DNA of 31,819 nucleotides from a virus. Its lineage: Duplodnaviria > Caudoviricetes. The stretch is from positions 1 through 31,819 of IMG/VR virus record IMGVR_UViG_3300032239_000553, one strand, 5' to 3'. A program made the position numbers and the translations under genes. Below are positions 17,648 to 25,912 of the stretch, in pieces. The notes under the pieces were generated by a model. The model had not been told where the DNA came from, searched no databases, and saw only the letters and a program-made list of their open reading frames with translations. How positions within the stretch are numbered: position 1 is the first letter of the stretch; the number at the start of each line of letters is the position of its first letter.

Positions 17648-17673
17648 GCCGAAAGGCCGAAAGGACGGTAAGC

Positions 17674-17702
17674 AGACCCCCAGCGATGGGGGTCTTTTGT
17701 TT
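17674..17702 (+). terminator. Rho-independent terminator after the capsid gene
   Basis: AGACCCCCA-GCGA-TGGGGGTCT 9-bp stem with GNRA loop, followed by TTTGTTT. Confidence 0.88.
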
Positions 17703-17715
17703 GGCGGGGGGATAG

Positions 17716-17746
17716 ACCCCTCTGGCTTGCCCTCAGAGGCGTTTTG
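17716..17746. repeat. 31-bp hairpin element, inverted copy at 30481-30511
   Basis: ACCCCTCTGGCTTGCCCTCAGAGGCGTTTTG matches the reverse complement of 30481-30511 at 29/31. Confidence 0.85.
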
Positions 17747-17759
17747 ACTGTGGCGGAGG
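17744..17759 (+). promoter_or_regulatory. Late-gene motif copy 3
   Basis: TTGACTGTGGCGGAGG, then AAC and the ATG at 17763; just downstream of the terminator. Confidence 0.75.
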
Positions 17760-17762
17760 AAC

Positions 17763-18104
17763 ATGGGAGCCATCCAAGACGAATGGGCGACAGATGCCGC
17801 CGAAATCCTTAATGAAATACCAAAGGCAGTCACCGTCCGACGTGGCTCTGGCTCCCCCATATCTTTCAACGCGCTGATGGGGCCTCCTATGGTGCAACAG
17901 GACTTGGAAACCGGGGGCTTCCTCAATTCCACTTCTTTTGATGTGAAAATCCTTAAAACAGATGCGGATGCTCACCCTGGCGTAATCATCTACGGCAACC
18001 TTATACATTATAACGGTTCGGATTATCGGATTGTTGCCATCAACGACCGTCCACCGTCCGCTTGGGTCATTGTCCGGGTGCAAACCAAAGTCGGCCCGGT
18101 CTAA
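17763..18104 (+). CDS. Putative head-closure protein (gpFII-like)
   Basis: 113 aa, beta-rich with G..YRIV motif, first gene after the capsid. Confidence 0.6.
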   Translation: MGAIQDEWATDAAEILNEIPKAVTVRRGSGSPISFNALMGPPMVQQDLETGGFLNSTSFDVKILKTDADAHPGVIIYGNLIHYNGSDYRIVAINDRPPSAWVIVRVQTKVGPV

Positions 18105-18994
18105 TGGGTTCAACGGCACGCAAGGGGGTTAAAATTGATGCCTCGGCGTTGCATGGGCATTTGCTGGACTACGCTAAAACGATGGGCAAGTCCCTTGGCG
18201 AAGTATGCCGGGAGCAAGCCGGGTTGTTTTGTTTGGATTTGGTAAAATATACCCGACCTTTCAAATCCCCGGGAGACGGATTAACAAGCGAAGCAAAAAC
18301 TAAGGGAATGGATAATGTCAAAAATAGCCTTTACCATATTTTCCGCCCGATTGGATTAGCGACTAAAGAACAAATAGCATCGTTAGGAAGTTATGATGCG
18401 TTTAAACTTTGGGAGAAACGAAACGGCGACTCGGAATTCTCCGGCACTAAGAAACTTAGATGGGCATCGTTTAAAGCCAAATATGGCGGAGGCCGACCCG
18501 CTCAATACATCCCTCCCGGCGACACGTCTTTATTGGCATCCATCCATACAAAACTCCGACAAGGGGACGGACACGGTTCCTTGATGTCTTACGCCATTCA
18601 ATCAAAAGAACCTTTTGGTATCGTTGCAAGGGAGAAGGATTTGACGCAATATATCAAAGCAAAGCAAAAGAACGTTGGTAAATTAAAATCCGCTTATTAT
18701 TTTGCCGCTTTGTTGATACGCTCGAAAGCCAGCGTTCCAGCTTGGTGCAAGAACGCCGAGGGTGCTTCAAACGCCATTGGGGAAAATCATATCGATGACC
18801 CGATGATGCCAAATGTCACGGTTGGGAATAAAAAGGGAAAGGCCGGGACATATGATAGCCTTATCAAATCGGCCATCAGTTATCGCGCCTATGCCATGCG
18901 GGTAAAAATGTCAGCTGAACTGAACAAAAAGAAGATACCCTTGTGGCTTGCTACTGCCCAGGGTATGACTTCGCACTCAGCAAAATACTTTTAA
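18104..18994 (+). CDS. Putative neck/tail-completion protein
   Basis: TAATG overlap; basic 296-aa protein at the gpZ/HK97-gp10 position. Confidence 0.5.
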   Translation: MGSTARKGVKIDASALHGHLLDYAKTMGKSLGEVCREQAGLFCLDLVKYTRPFKSPGDGLTSEAKTKGMDNVKNSLYHIFRPIGLATKEQIASLGSYDAFKLWEKRNGDSEFSGTKKLRWASFKAKYGGGRPAQYIPPGDTSLLASIHTKLRQGDGHGSLMSYAIQSKEPFGIVAREKDLTQYIKAKQKNVGKLKSAYYFAALLIRSKASVPAWCKNAEGASNAIGENHIDDPMMPNVTVGNKKGKAGTYDSLIKSAISYRAYAMRVKMSAELNKKKIPLWLATAQGMTSHSAKYF

Positions 18995-18999
18995 TAACC

Positions 19000-19443
19000 A
19001 TGAGCGACCCGACTCCGATTTATTCCATCCGCACGATCACGGAGCAATCCTTGTTCGCTTGGTTCACAACCAACGCCGAGTGGCTTCCGGGGGTCGCCAT
19101 CCATGCCGGACAGACGGACGAGACGAGAACCGTCCCGATGGTCATCTTGCACGCTGAGTCGGCCCGGTCGCACCGAGACTTTGGGGCCAAACCTTTGGGA
19201 AACTTTGAATTGACGGTTAAAGTCTATGTCTATTCTTCGGCGGACGATAGCACCTTGGAGGAACACCGCCAGCGCGTGGAAGTATGCCAAGCCATCATGC
19301 AGGATATTGCTGGCATCCAATCGGCATGGACGCAAGGGATGGCCTATTCGGTTTGGATCGAGTCGGATGACGAAGGGGTCGCCGACCGCCGTTATGGAAA
19401 TGTGCTTTCCTACACGCTGGTAGCCGTTTACCCCCCGGCTTGA
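19000..19443 (+). CDS. Putative tail terminator protein (gpU-like)
   Basis: 147 aa; P.V..., V.V.V.S pattern; directly before the tail tube candidate. Confidence 0.55.
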   Translation: MSDPTPIYSIRTITEQSLFAWFTTNAEWLPGVAIHAGQTDETRTVPMVILHAESARSHRDFGAKPLGNFELTVKVYVYSSADDSTLEEHRQRVEVCQAIMQDIAGIQSAWTQGMAYSVWIESDDEGVADRRYGNVLSYTLVAVYPPA

Positions 19444-19455
19444 CTGTGGCGGAGG
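19440..19455 (+). promoter_or_regulatory. Late-gene motif copy 4; its TGA is the upstream stop codon
   Basis: 27-bp identity with copy 2 (GCTTGACTGTGGCGGAGGTTCAAACTC). Confidence 0.75.
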
Positions 19456-19479
19456 TTCAAACTCTAAGCACATCCTAAA

Positions 19480-19818
19480 ATGGCACTCCCTCAAACATAC
19501 GGAACCGCTCATACTTGGGCATTATACGATACGGTTAATTTCGTCACCCTTCAATCGGATGACATCAGCAAAAAGACCGCCATTGATGTGACCGTCACGG
19601 ATGAGACCGGGAAAGTTATTACCAATCGCATGGATGACCTGCTTATTGAGACTTCTTTGTCTGGCGTTCTTTTAGAGTCCGCCACGATCCCAACGGTCGC
19701 CGCTCAACTGACTTACGATGGTATTCAATATATCATCAAGGATGTTTCTGATAACGGCACGAACAACGGTTTCCGCAAGGTAACCTTGAAGTTGGTAAAG
19801 TATCAAGAAATCGCTTAA
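19480..19818 (+). CDS. Putative tail tube (major tail) protein, minimal size
   Basis: 112 aa, Thr-rich, beta-type, DETG motif; synteny and preceded by its own motif copy. Confidence 0.6.
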   Translation: MALPQTYGTAHTWALYDTVNFVTLQSDDISKKTAIDVTVTDETGKVITNRMDDLLIETSLSGVLLESATIPTVAAQLTYDGIQYIIKDVSDNGTNNGFRKVTLKLVKYQEIA

Positions 19819-19840
19819 CCCCAATTCGGCACCCCCACCG

Positions 19841-20437
19841 ATGGAAAACAGGTGGATTAAAGCCGCAACCATCCTTCGCCCTACCGTCAAGGTTTGCGGC
19901 GTAAGGTTGTTGCCGTTTTGTTTGCGTCACCGGGTGGCCCTTGAATCTATTGGGTCGCCTGTTCTTGCCACCGATAAAGTAGTAACTCCGGAGCATTTGC
20001 TTGCCGCCGTCCGAATTTTATCAACGCACGACATTAACGATGTGGCAACCAGGCCAACCCTTCGGGAGTTGGTTTGGGCATATCGATTGAACAATAAGAA
20101 AACGCTCATGCGCGAGACTTACAAGGTTCTCGTATATATGAACGAGCAAAGTCTTTGGCCTCGTTTTTGGAGCAAAGATGAAAACCAGAACGACATCGGT
20201 GCTATCCCTTGGCCCCTTGCCGTGGTAGCATCATTGACCCGAAACGGATCTACTCTCAAAGACGCTTGGACGATGCCAGAGTCGGAAGCAATTTGGTTGC
20301 ACATCGCTCATTGTGCTTCCACCGGGGCAAGCATTTCCGTTGTGTCCGATTATGAATGGGATGCCATGGAGTCATTCAAAGCCAAGGCCGCCGCCGCTGA
20401 AGCCGCTAAAGCCGAAACCCAATCAACCCGAAATTAA
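19841..20437 (+). CDS. Putative tail assembly chaperone
   Basis: Position between tube and tape measure; G.RLLPF and AW.MP motifs. Confidence 0.55.
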   Translation: MENRWIKAATILRPTVKVCGVRLLPFCLRHRVALESIGSPVLATDKVVTPEHLLAAVRILSTHDINDVATRPTLRELVWAYRLNNKKTLMRETYKVLVYMNEQSLWPRFWSKDENQNDIGAIPWPLAVVASLTRNGSTLKDAWTMPESEAIWLHIAHCASTGASISVVSDYEWDAMESFKAKAAAAEAAKAETQSTRN

Positions 20438-20446
20438 GCAAACCCC

Positions 20447-21682
20447 ATGGCTGACTCTGATGTAAAAGTAAAATTCTCCGGCGATTTTAGCGATGTGCCA
20501 AAGGGTGCGGATGCCGCCGTTCAAAAGGCTGGGTCTGCCATGTCCGGGTGGTTCGGTGATTTTTCCAAAAGCATCGGCGGGCAGATTGCTGGGATATTTG
20601 CGTTTACCCATGTTATCGGTAAGATGAAAGAAGCTTTTGAGAAATTCCGTGGCCTCGATGATATGTCGAAAAAATTGAATATCAATGTGGTCGATTTGCA
20701 AAAACTTACAAAAGTTGGAGTTGAGTATGGTATCAGCATGGACTCCATCGCGATGGGTATGTCCAAAGCAAATATCTTGATGGGCAAGGCATCAAATGGG
20801 AATGTCGCCGCCGCAAAAACCTTGCATGATTTGGGCGTTACCCAAGAGGAAATTAATTCGGGGCATTTAACCGCTATCGATTTAATGTATAAATTGGCGG
20901 AGTCATACGAAAAGAACCACGATCATAACAAACTTGCCGCCGCCGCTACCGCTGTATTTAGCCGAGCCGGGAAAGAAATGGTCGGAGTGCTTAAAGAAGG
21001 TTCCGCCGCTTTGCGTGAACGCATCGGATTGATGAAAGTATTTTCCGAGGAAGAAGTCCGCTCTGGTGCAAGAACCGCGCGAGAAATTGAACGAGCTGAA
21101 AAGACTGCTAATAAATGGCTATATCAAAAACCCGCTGGAGGTTACGCAAAAGTTTTATCGAGAATTGAAGCCGCCACCATGGTCATTGATGCGACAAAGG
21201 AAGCCGGATTGGATGCAAATAGCGTTACAGGAATTGGAAGTTCAACCGCCAAGGAAGCATTAACTTCTCCCGGCAAAATGAGTGAAATTACTAAAAATCT
21301 CATTAAGCAAGGGAAGCGTGAAGGATGGACTACCGAAGATTTGGCAAATGCCATGGGAGTCCGGGCCGCAGGAGCATTTAGAAGCGAAGAACAATCGGAC
21401 TTCTATTCACAAATTCAAGGGATGTTACTTAACAAGGCCCAAGAAGAAGAAGCCGCAAAGAATAAGAAACCAGGAGCGTCTGGGCCGACTGTTTCCGAAG
21501 CGTTTGGGGTATCGTCCTTGCAAGCCATCGGGGGCGGAGACTTAGGATCTATCATGACCTCCGCCGCAGGCGGAAATGCGGCACTTGACGCCGCCGAACA
21601 GACGGCAAACAATACCAAAGAAATTGCCTCCAAGATGCCAAACCCCTTACACCCTCAACCAGCGGCAAACGCCGCCAAATAA
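20447..21682 (+). CDS. Tape measure protein (short, 411 aa)
   Basis: DVKVKFSGD start, Ala/Gly-rich helical sequence, L..LGV, A.AVF.RAG.EM, SSLQAIGGG. Confidence 0.8.
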   Translation: MADSDVKVKFSGDFSDVPKGADAAVQKAGSAMSGWFGDFSKSIGGQIAGIFAFTHVIGKMKEAFEKFRGLDDMSKKLNINVVDLQKLTKVGVEYGISMDSIAMGMSKANILMGKASNGNVAAAKTLHDLGVTQEEINSGHLTAIDLMYKLAESYEKNHDHNKLAAAATAVFSRAGKEMVGVLKEGSAALRERIGLMKVFSEEEVRSGARTAREIERAEKTANKWLYQKPAGGYAKVLSRIEAATMVIDATKEAGLDANSVTGIGSSTAKEALTSPGKMSEITKNLIKQGKREGWTTEDLANAMGVRAAGAFRSEEQSDFYSQIQGMLLNKAQEEEAAKNKKPGASGPTVSEAFGVSSLQAIGGGDLGSIMTSAAGGNAALDAAEQTANNTKEIASKMPNPLHPQPAANAAK

Positions 21683-21685
21683 TTT

Positions 21686-22555
21686 ATGGCAGAAACAAGG
21701 GCAGATTATGGTAACGCGCTGAACACACCGGGTGTCCTTCAGCCGACCGGGTCAATCAATGTCGATGCGTTTGGCCTTGCTCAAGCCCAACTTACTTTTG
21801 CCATAGAAACAAACTATGTTTTTACGGCTTTGGATTATTGGTCGGCTGGTCAACTATATGCAAGTGCTACCGGGGATGAGGATCCGTATGACATGAAGTC
21901 TTACAAGTATTCCGTTCGTTCTGACAAGGCAGGGATTTCGATGATTACCGTGGATTTCATCGGAACGCACGATAATTGGACTTCACCGCAAGTCACCGGG
22001 GTGGCTAATACTACGGCTCAACCCATTGAGTCGCATCCTAATTTTACAAAGAAATCCGACCTTTTCACTTACGGCCCACTTGCCGGGAAACCGCCAAACG
22101 ACCCAGATGCCGCCGGCAATGTTCCGCTTTGGGTTCCGCAATATGATACCACAACCGACCCGGGGACTGATACTCTCACCGGATATAAGTTCAACGGTTT
22201 TGGAGTGAACTCGGCAGGGGATATCAACATCAAGGCTGGCATCCGTCAATTCCTTCGCCCGATGGTCAATGTCCGTGGGCAGATTTTCTTTGATGCCGCC
22301 AATGGATATCGTGGTGCCGCATTTGCAAACGGAGTTGGTCAAACTTTGAGAGAAGGCGATTTAGAATTGCTTGGCAATCAAGATGTCATTGGCGTTCAAT
22401 CTCCTTTGGATTGCTTGCTGACATCTTGTAACATCGAATTGATTGGCAACCCGGACAATTACTCTGTCATCAAAGTAACTTATGATATCATGCTTGCTGG
22501 GGACTTAGGATGGGATCCAGACATCTACCGTGAAATGGTTGATGGCATATTGTAA
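21686..22555 (+). CDS. Putative distal tail / tail-tip protein
   Basis: Directly follows the tape measure; PIESHPNF and GWDPDIY motifs. Confidence 0.55.
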   Translation: MAETRADYGNALNTPGVLQPTGSINVDAFGLAQAQLTFAIETNYVFTALDYWSAGQLYASATGDEDPYDMKSYKYSVRSDKAGISMITVDFIGTHDNWTSPQVTGVANTTAQPIESHPNFTKKSDLFTYGPLAGKPPNDPDAAGNVPLWVPQYDTTTDPGTDTLTGYKFNGFGVNSAGDINIKAGIRQFLRPMVNVRGQIFFDAANGYRGAAFANGVGQTLREGDLELLGNQDVIGVQSPLDCLLTSCNIELIGNPDNYSVIKVTYDIMLAGDLGWDPDIYREMVDGIL

Positions 22556-22557
22556 TA

Positions 22558-24885
22558 ATGGAAGATGTAGGCATAAATGGTTCCGGCTCGCGCTTTAATT
22601 CACGATTTGAAGTAGGGTCGCCTATCCAAGCAAAGCAACTGAACGAACTTGCCGCCGCCGTTCAAGTATCGCTCCCGATGCCATACCTTGGCGAAGGCCC
22701 ATCGGTATCATTTACTCCAGGAGGTTCGACCATAACGCAAACGCCGGAGGTTTATTCTCTCAAAGCGGGTGGTTCTGGCATCAAACAACAGTTTGAAATT
22801 TTCGTTAAAAAATACACGGTTGGCGGAGTTTGGGCAGGGCAATATATTATTAGCGTAGTAAACGGATCATGTGTCTTTACGCAACTTGATGGAACCGACC
22901 AAAATGTAATAAGCGAATTTACCACGACTTTAACAACTGGGGTTATCCCTGTCATTGGGACAGATGATGCTTATATCGCCCCGATTGCTGGCGCGCCTGT
23001 TACCGGGCCGAGTGGATACATAGTCAACGGTGGAGGAAGTTATGGGGTCTATATCTTACAGGTTACGAACCAAGAGGACGACATCCCCCCGGTCATTATT
23101 CTCTGCGATTACACGGCAGGGGATTGGACAACCCTATTGCCGATTGAGCCTCCCGCACTTCTCATTCCAGAGTTTGCCGCATATGAGAACGCTTGTTATC
23201 AGTTGCTTACCATAGGCCACATTACGCCAGCATCGGAAGGTTATACCATCAACCAAAAGTTAATTGGATCGTTGACGATGCCTGAGCCTATCAAGACAGG
23301 CCAGACCATGCCGACCCCTACCGAGTTTGAGCAGAAGCCATTTCCCTACGAGTGTCGCGGCGACTTTTCGGAAGCAGGTGAAACTCGGAAAGCAATCCTT
23401 CGCATAGCCCTTGGGTCTTGCTCTTATTCCGTATCGGATATGCCGGAGATTTGGAAAGGCCCAATTGCTCGCACGCATCAAGTAGGCCATACTGTAGCGA
23501 ACATCTTCCCAGAAGGTTCAAGCGCGGCAGGAGATACCTACGGCACTTGGATGAATAACGGCGGCGGCTATGATTTAGACGAAGGAACCTATAAGGTTTT
23601 TGTAACCAATTGGGACGTTCAGCCCGGTAAGGTTGCAGGCGCTGGGTCGGCCTATACATCGAAGCCAGCCTTGATGATCGTAGCTGAAGGCAACTGTGAA
23701 AAGATGTTCCCGGAGGCTGGACCGTCTTGCTACACGAACACGATGAACGTGCATAAGATGACGGGCTATGCTCAAGGTGATGACCATGCAGTTGGAACCT
23801 ACCCGGTAACAGGCGATTGGGGTAACTGTCACACGTCTTATTATAACCCAATGAAGTTTGGTTATGCCGTAAGAGTGATTGCGGACGTTAGCGTTTCCTC
23901 GGCCTCGGCTCCAACTTGCACCATCACGACTTTGCAAGAGTCTACGGCTACCATTAACCGTATCCTTGAAATTAAGTTTAGCGCTCAGAACAAAAGCGGA
24001 ACGATTACTTTTACTTATGATGGCGAGACTTCTGATCCGTTTGATCCTTACGCGGAGTCGGCCAGGCACTTAAGCAAAGCCTTACAGAAGTGCGACTCGT
24101 TGAAGAAGAATATCATCGTCTCAGCAGGTGACGCGTTGACCTATTACGTCGAGTTCATTAACCATCTACAGCTGCGTGCGACCTTTGATATCGAAGTTGG
24201 GTCGAACTCCATGACAGGGTTCAAGACCTATGACGTAAGCCAACACGCTACCGGGATGATTGACCTATCTATTCCGCTTCAGTTCAATGGAACTCAGTTA
24301 ATGAACGAGAAGGACTGGACGGAGGCCGACGACTATTATAACTATAATTTAGACAATAACTGGATAGATGTGGTCAATAGGCAGGACTTGCTGGACTACG
24401 CCATCCCTTCTGGTTGTGTAACAAATCTATCATGGGAAACCATCATCGACGATACCTACCCTAATCCGTATTTCCCTGCTGACTTTGACGACTTCTACTT
24501 CCGTGACGGATCGTGCGCTAAGCAGTTGCCAGACCCTATCGTTCCACCCTTCACGGTCTATCCAGGTTCCGCGTCCGGCAAATGGCTCGTTCAACCCGGC
24601 ACGCTCAACGACTACGTTCCCGACAATATGGAGTCAGAGATTACGGCCTCAAGCGGCATGATTTATCTGAAGATATCCAACACCTCTGGAGCATACCCGG
24701 GCGACACGCTTACCATTGAGACGGCGGCGTCGACGCCAGTTGATAGCGATTCATTTGGTTATATCACGCTGGCCGAGATTACGTCGGCTACCACAGCCAA
24801 TCAGTTTGTCTCGGGATCACTCTGGTCGGAACGTCATAAGTTCACGGAGCCAGACACGGCATTGTATTATTTCTACCGCATCTAA
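22558..24885 (+). CDS. Large tail/baseplate protein (775 aa) with three degenerate internal repeats
   Basis: F.VG.PI.A.QLN.L N-terminus, beta-rich, in the tail module. Confidence 0.6.
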   Translation: MEDVGINGSGSRFNSRFEVGSPIQAKQLNELAAAVQVSLPMPYLGEGPSVSFTPGGSTITQTPEVYSLKAGGSGIKQQFEIFVKKYTVGGVWAGQYIISVVNGSCVFTQLDGTDQNVISEFTTTLTTGVIPVIGTDDAYIAPIAGAPVTGPSGYIVNGGGSYGVYILQVTNQEDDIPPVIILCDYTAGDWTTLLPIEPPALLIPEFAAYENACYQLLTIGHITPASEGYTINQKLIGSLTMPEPIKTGQTMPTPTEFEQKPFPYECRGDFSEAGETRKAILRIALGSCSYSVSDMPEIWKGPIARTHQVGHTVANIFPEGSSAAGDTYGTWMNNGGGYDLDEGTYKVFVTNWDVQPGKVAGAGSAYTSKPALMIVAEGNCEKMFPEAGPSCYTNTMNVHKMTGYAQGDDHAVGTYPVTGDWGNCHTSYYNPMKFGYAVRVIADVSVSSASAPTCTITTLQESTATINRILEIKFSAQNKSGTITFTYDGETSDPFDPYAESARHLSKALQKCDSLKKNIIVSAGDALTYYVEFINHLQLRATFDIEVGSNSMTGFKTYDVSQHATGMIDLSIPLQFNGTQLMNEKDWTEADDYYNYNLDNNWIDVVNRQDLLDYAIPSGCVTNLSWETIIDDTYPNPYFPADFDDFYFRDGSCAKQLPDPIVPPFTVYPGSASGKWLVQPGTLNDYVPDNMESEITASSGMIYLKISNTSGAYPGDTLTIETAASTPVDSDSFGYITLAEITSATTANQFVSGSLWSERHKFTEPDTALYYFYRI

Positions 24886-24887
24886 CC

Positions 24888-25565
24888 ATGGCAATGTCAG
24901 AGCAAAACCCATTGCAAATTGGGCATAGCAGGATTGGTTCTTTGAATTATCACTATCCGATTGGCCCGCAGCCTTACGACTACCCAAAAGCCTATAAAAA
25001 AGGCACCGAAGTTTCCGGTAAAATTACCAATTTTATTCAAACAATTGGGACTGAACATCAAACAGTTGCAGGATATGATGATCAATACCCGTTCTATGGT
25101 GGTTATACTTGGCGAGATATACCCAAAGCCATTGGATATCATCAGTTTCCTGGTAATGAACCAGATTATCCATTTGTCTGGAAGGAAGGCATTCATGCTT
25201 CCTTTCAAATAGTTATTTCAGAAACAGAAGGTTATTATGATTTAATAACTACGGTTATTGAGGCATCAAACGGTCATCAATATTGGTTAGACCAAACGGT
25301 AGCGGTTCTTCTTTTTTACACCGACGGCACTGGCGAACATTCTGAAAGCATTAGTTACACATTTACCGAAGATGATTGGGCCACTTCCCCCGCTTTTGAT
25401 GATGAACTTGGTACGGGTTATATTGCAAACCCCTTAGGGCCAAGTAAGTTTGTTAGACGGCAAACTGAATGGATGGCTTATGATGGATATTTCCGCGATT
25501 TCAGCATTCCCAACTCAACAACAATAGCCGACCCAAAGTCTCCCTTCCAGCCCCCCGGCGGGTAG
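24888..25565 (+). CDS. Hypothetical tail-associated protein (AT-rich, Tyr-rich)
   Basis: 225-aa ORF 2 bp after the upstream stop. Confidence 0.6.
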   Translation: MAMSEQNPLQIGHSRIGSLNYHYPIGPQPYDYPKAYKKGTEVSGKITNFIQTIGTEHQTVAGYDDQYPFYGGYTWRDIPKAIGYHQFPGNEPDYPFVWKEGIHASFQIVISETEGYYDLITTVIEASNGHQYWLDQTVAVLLFYTDGTGEHSESISYTFTEDDWATSPAFDDELGTGYIANPLGPSKFVRRQTEWMAYDGYFRDFSIPNSTTIADPKSPFQPPGG

Positions 25566-25577
25566 CAGGACGACGGT

Positions 25578-25593
25578 TTGACTGTGGCGGAGG
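25578..25593 (+). promoter_or_regulatory. Late-gene motif copy 5
   Basis: TTGACTGTGGCGGAGG, then TTC and the ATG at 25597. Confidence 0.75.
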
Positions 25594-25596
25594 TTC

Positions 25597-25911
25597 ATGG
25601 CATCACCGACAGTCACTTGGAAGCGTGGATCGACCTTTGCCGCATCGGTCGCTTATGTCCCCGGCCTTAACGAACCCGAAACGCTCGATGGCATCGGTAT
25701 TCTTACCTCGGTCATGGATAACGCGCAACGCCGTTACCCTCTTACAGTTGAAGTCCAAGGGGACTTGGTAACTTTCTTATGCCGCTATGACGGCGACTCG
25801 TCTGAATGGTCGGCAGGGACGGCGGCCTGGGACTTCCAATTCTCTCAAGGTGGCGTGGTCTATTATTCTACCACCGTCCGTTTCATCATCGAACCCCAAG
25901 TGACTCTCTAA
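25597..25911 (+). CDS. Small Ig-like/BppU-like fibre-anchoring protein
   Basis: KRGSTF...W..G.A.WD.Q....G.V..S.T..F.I...VT pattern typical of small proteins preceding collagen fibres. Confidence 0.55.
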   Translation: MASPTVTWKRGSTFAASVAYVPGLNEPETLDGIGILTSVMDNAQRRYPLTVEVQGDLVTFLCRYDGDSSEWSAGTAAWDFQFSQGGVVYYSTTVRFIIEPQVTL

Positions 25912-25912
25912 A

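Noticed and set aside
17648-17664. GCC-GAAA-GGCC-GAAA-GG as a ribozyme or tRNA fragment
   Set aside because: Only 2-3 bp stems, with no hammerhead core or cloverleaf; probably part of the capsid mRNA 3' structure.
16910-17932. 340-aa minus-strand ORF and other long antisense ORFs (e.g. 10765-11442, 12122-12901)
   Set aside because: They shadow well-supported + strand genes with biased codons and show no recognisable motifs.
19841-20446. Programmed frameshift in the tail chaperone (G/GT type)
   Set aside because: A single ORF runs up to the tape measure gene, with no second overlapping frame or convincing slippery site.
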